A DNA stretch of 44,679 nucleotides from Escherichia phage vB_EcoS_UALMA_PCEc3. The position numbers and the translations under genes were made by a program. The notes below the pieces were generated by a model. It saw only the letters and a program-made list of their open reading frames with translations. It did not search any database and was not told the DNA's origin. Shown in pieces: positions 44,502-44,679 of the stretch (positions are counted from its first letter, which is position 1; each line of letters starts with the position of its first letter). The DNA lies in sequence record PQ314493; one strand, 5' to 3'.

Positions 44502-44679
44502 AGGGGATTCATCCTGACTGGTGTAATCCCCACATCAACCAAACAAATGGAAGTTAAGTGACCATATACGAACATAAATTCATCAGTAGGGGTATTGATA
44601 TGCTCCTGCACTATTTAGACGAAAAATACGCAAATCTAATACTTAAGACGCATGGCGGCACAATAACGAGGATTGAGAT

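Noticed and set aside
1-44679. CRISPR arrays, integrase/attachment site, transposase or IS elements
   Set aside because: No regularly spaced direct repeats with unique spacers and no recombinase or transposase-like ORF recognised; the repeated box copies are dispersed at gene boundaries, not arrayed.

Overview
This window reads as a near-complete genome of a T1-like (Drexlerviridae-type) siphophage; that assignment is inferred from gene content and order, with no database search run. Plus strand: an early region of tiny ORFs (1-2.6 kb), a tRNA locus (2.65-3.04 kb), then terminase, portal, head, tail, tape-measure and lambda M/L/K/I/J-like tail-tip genes (3.3-22.6 kb). Minus strand: a Cor-like lipoprotein operon (22.6-24.2 kb). 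Next come a recombination module (exonuclease, Erf-like, SSB), a minus-strand tail fiber/primase/HTH block, a DECH helicase with VRR-NUC nuclease, phosphoesterase/HAD/kinase genes, a pinholin + SAR-endolysin + unimolecular spanin lysis cassette, and a minus-strand operon with a P-loop NTPase-like gene. Most notable findings: (1) at least 18 copies of a ~21-nt palindromic box (aaaTAGCACGAATTGCTAAAc) that supplies stop codons in two frames and sits a fixed 22 nt upstream of a -10 hexamer and a conserved leader; (2) a long/short paralogue pair on opposite strands sharing N- and C-termini around a 2.4-kb segment; (3) two paralogous AT-rich intergenic regions with iteron-like repeats. Coordinates are anchored to the ORF track where possible; motif positions not anchored to a stop codon are approximate (+/-2 nt). 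All functional calls are from motifs read by eye.
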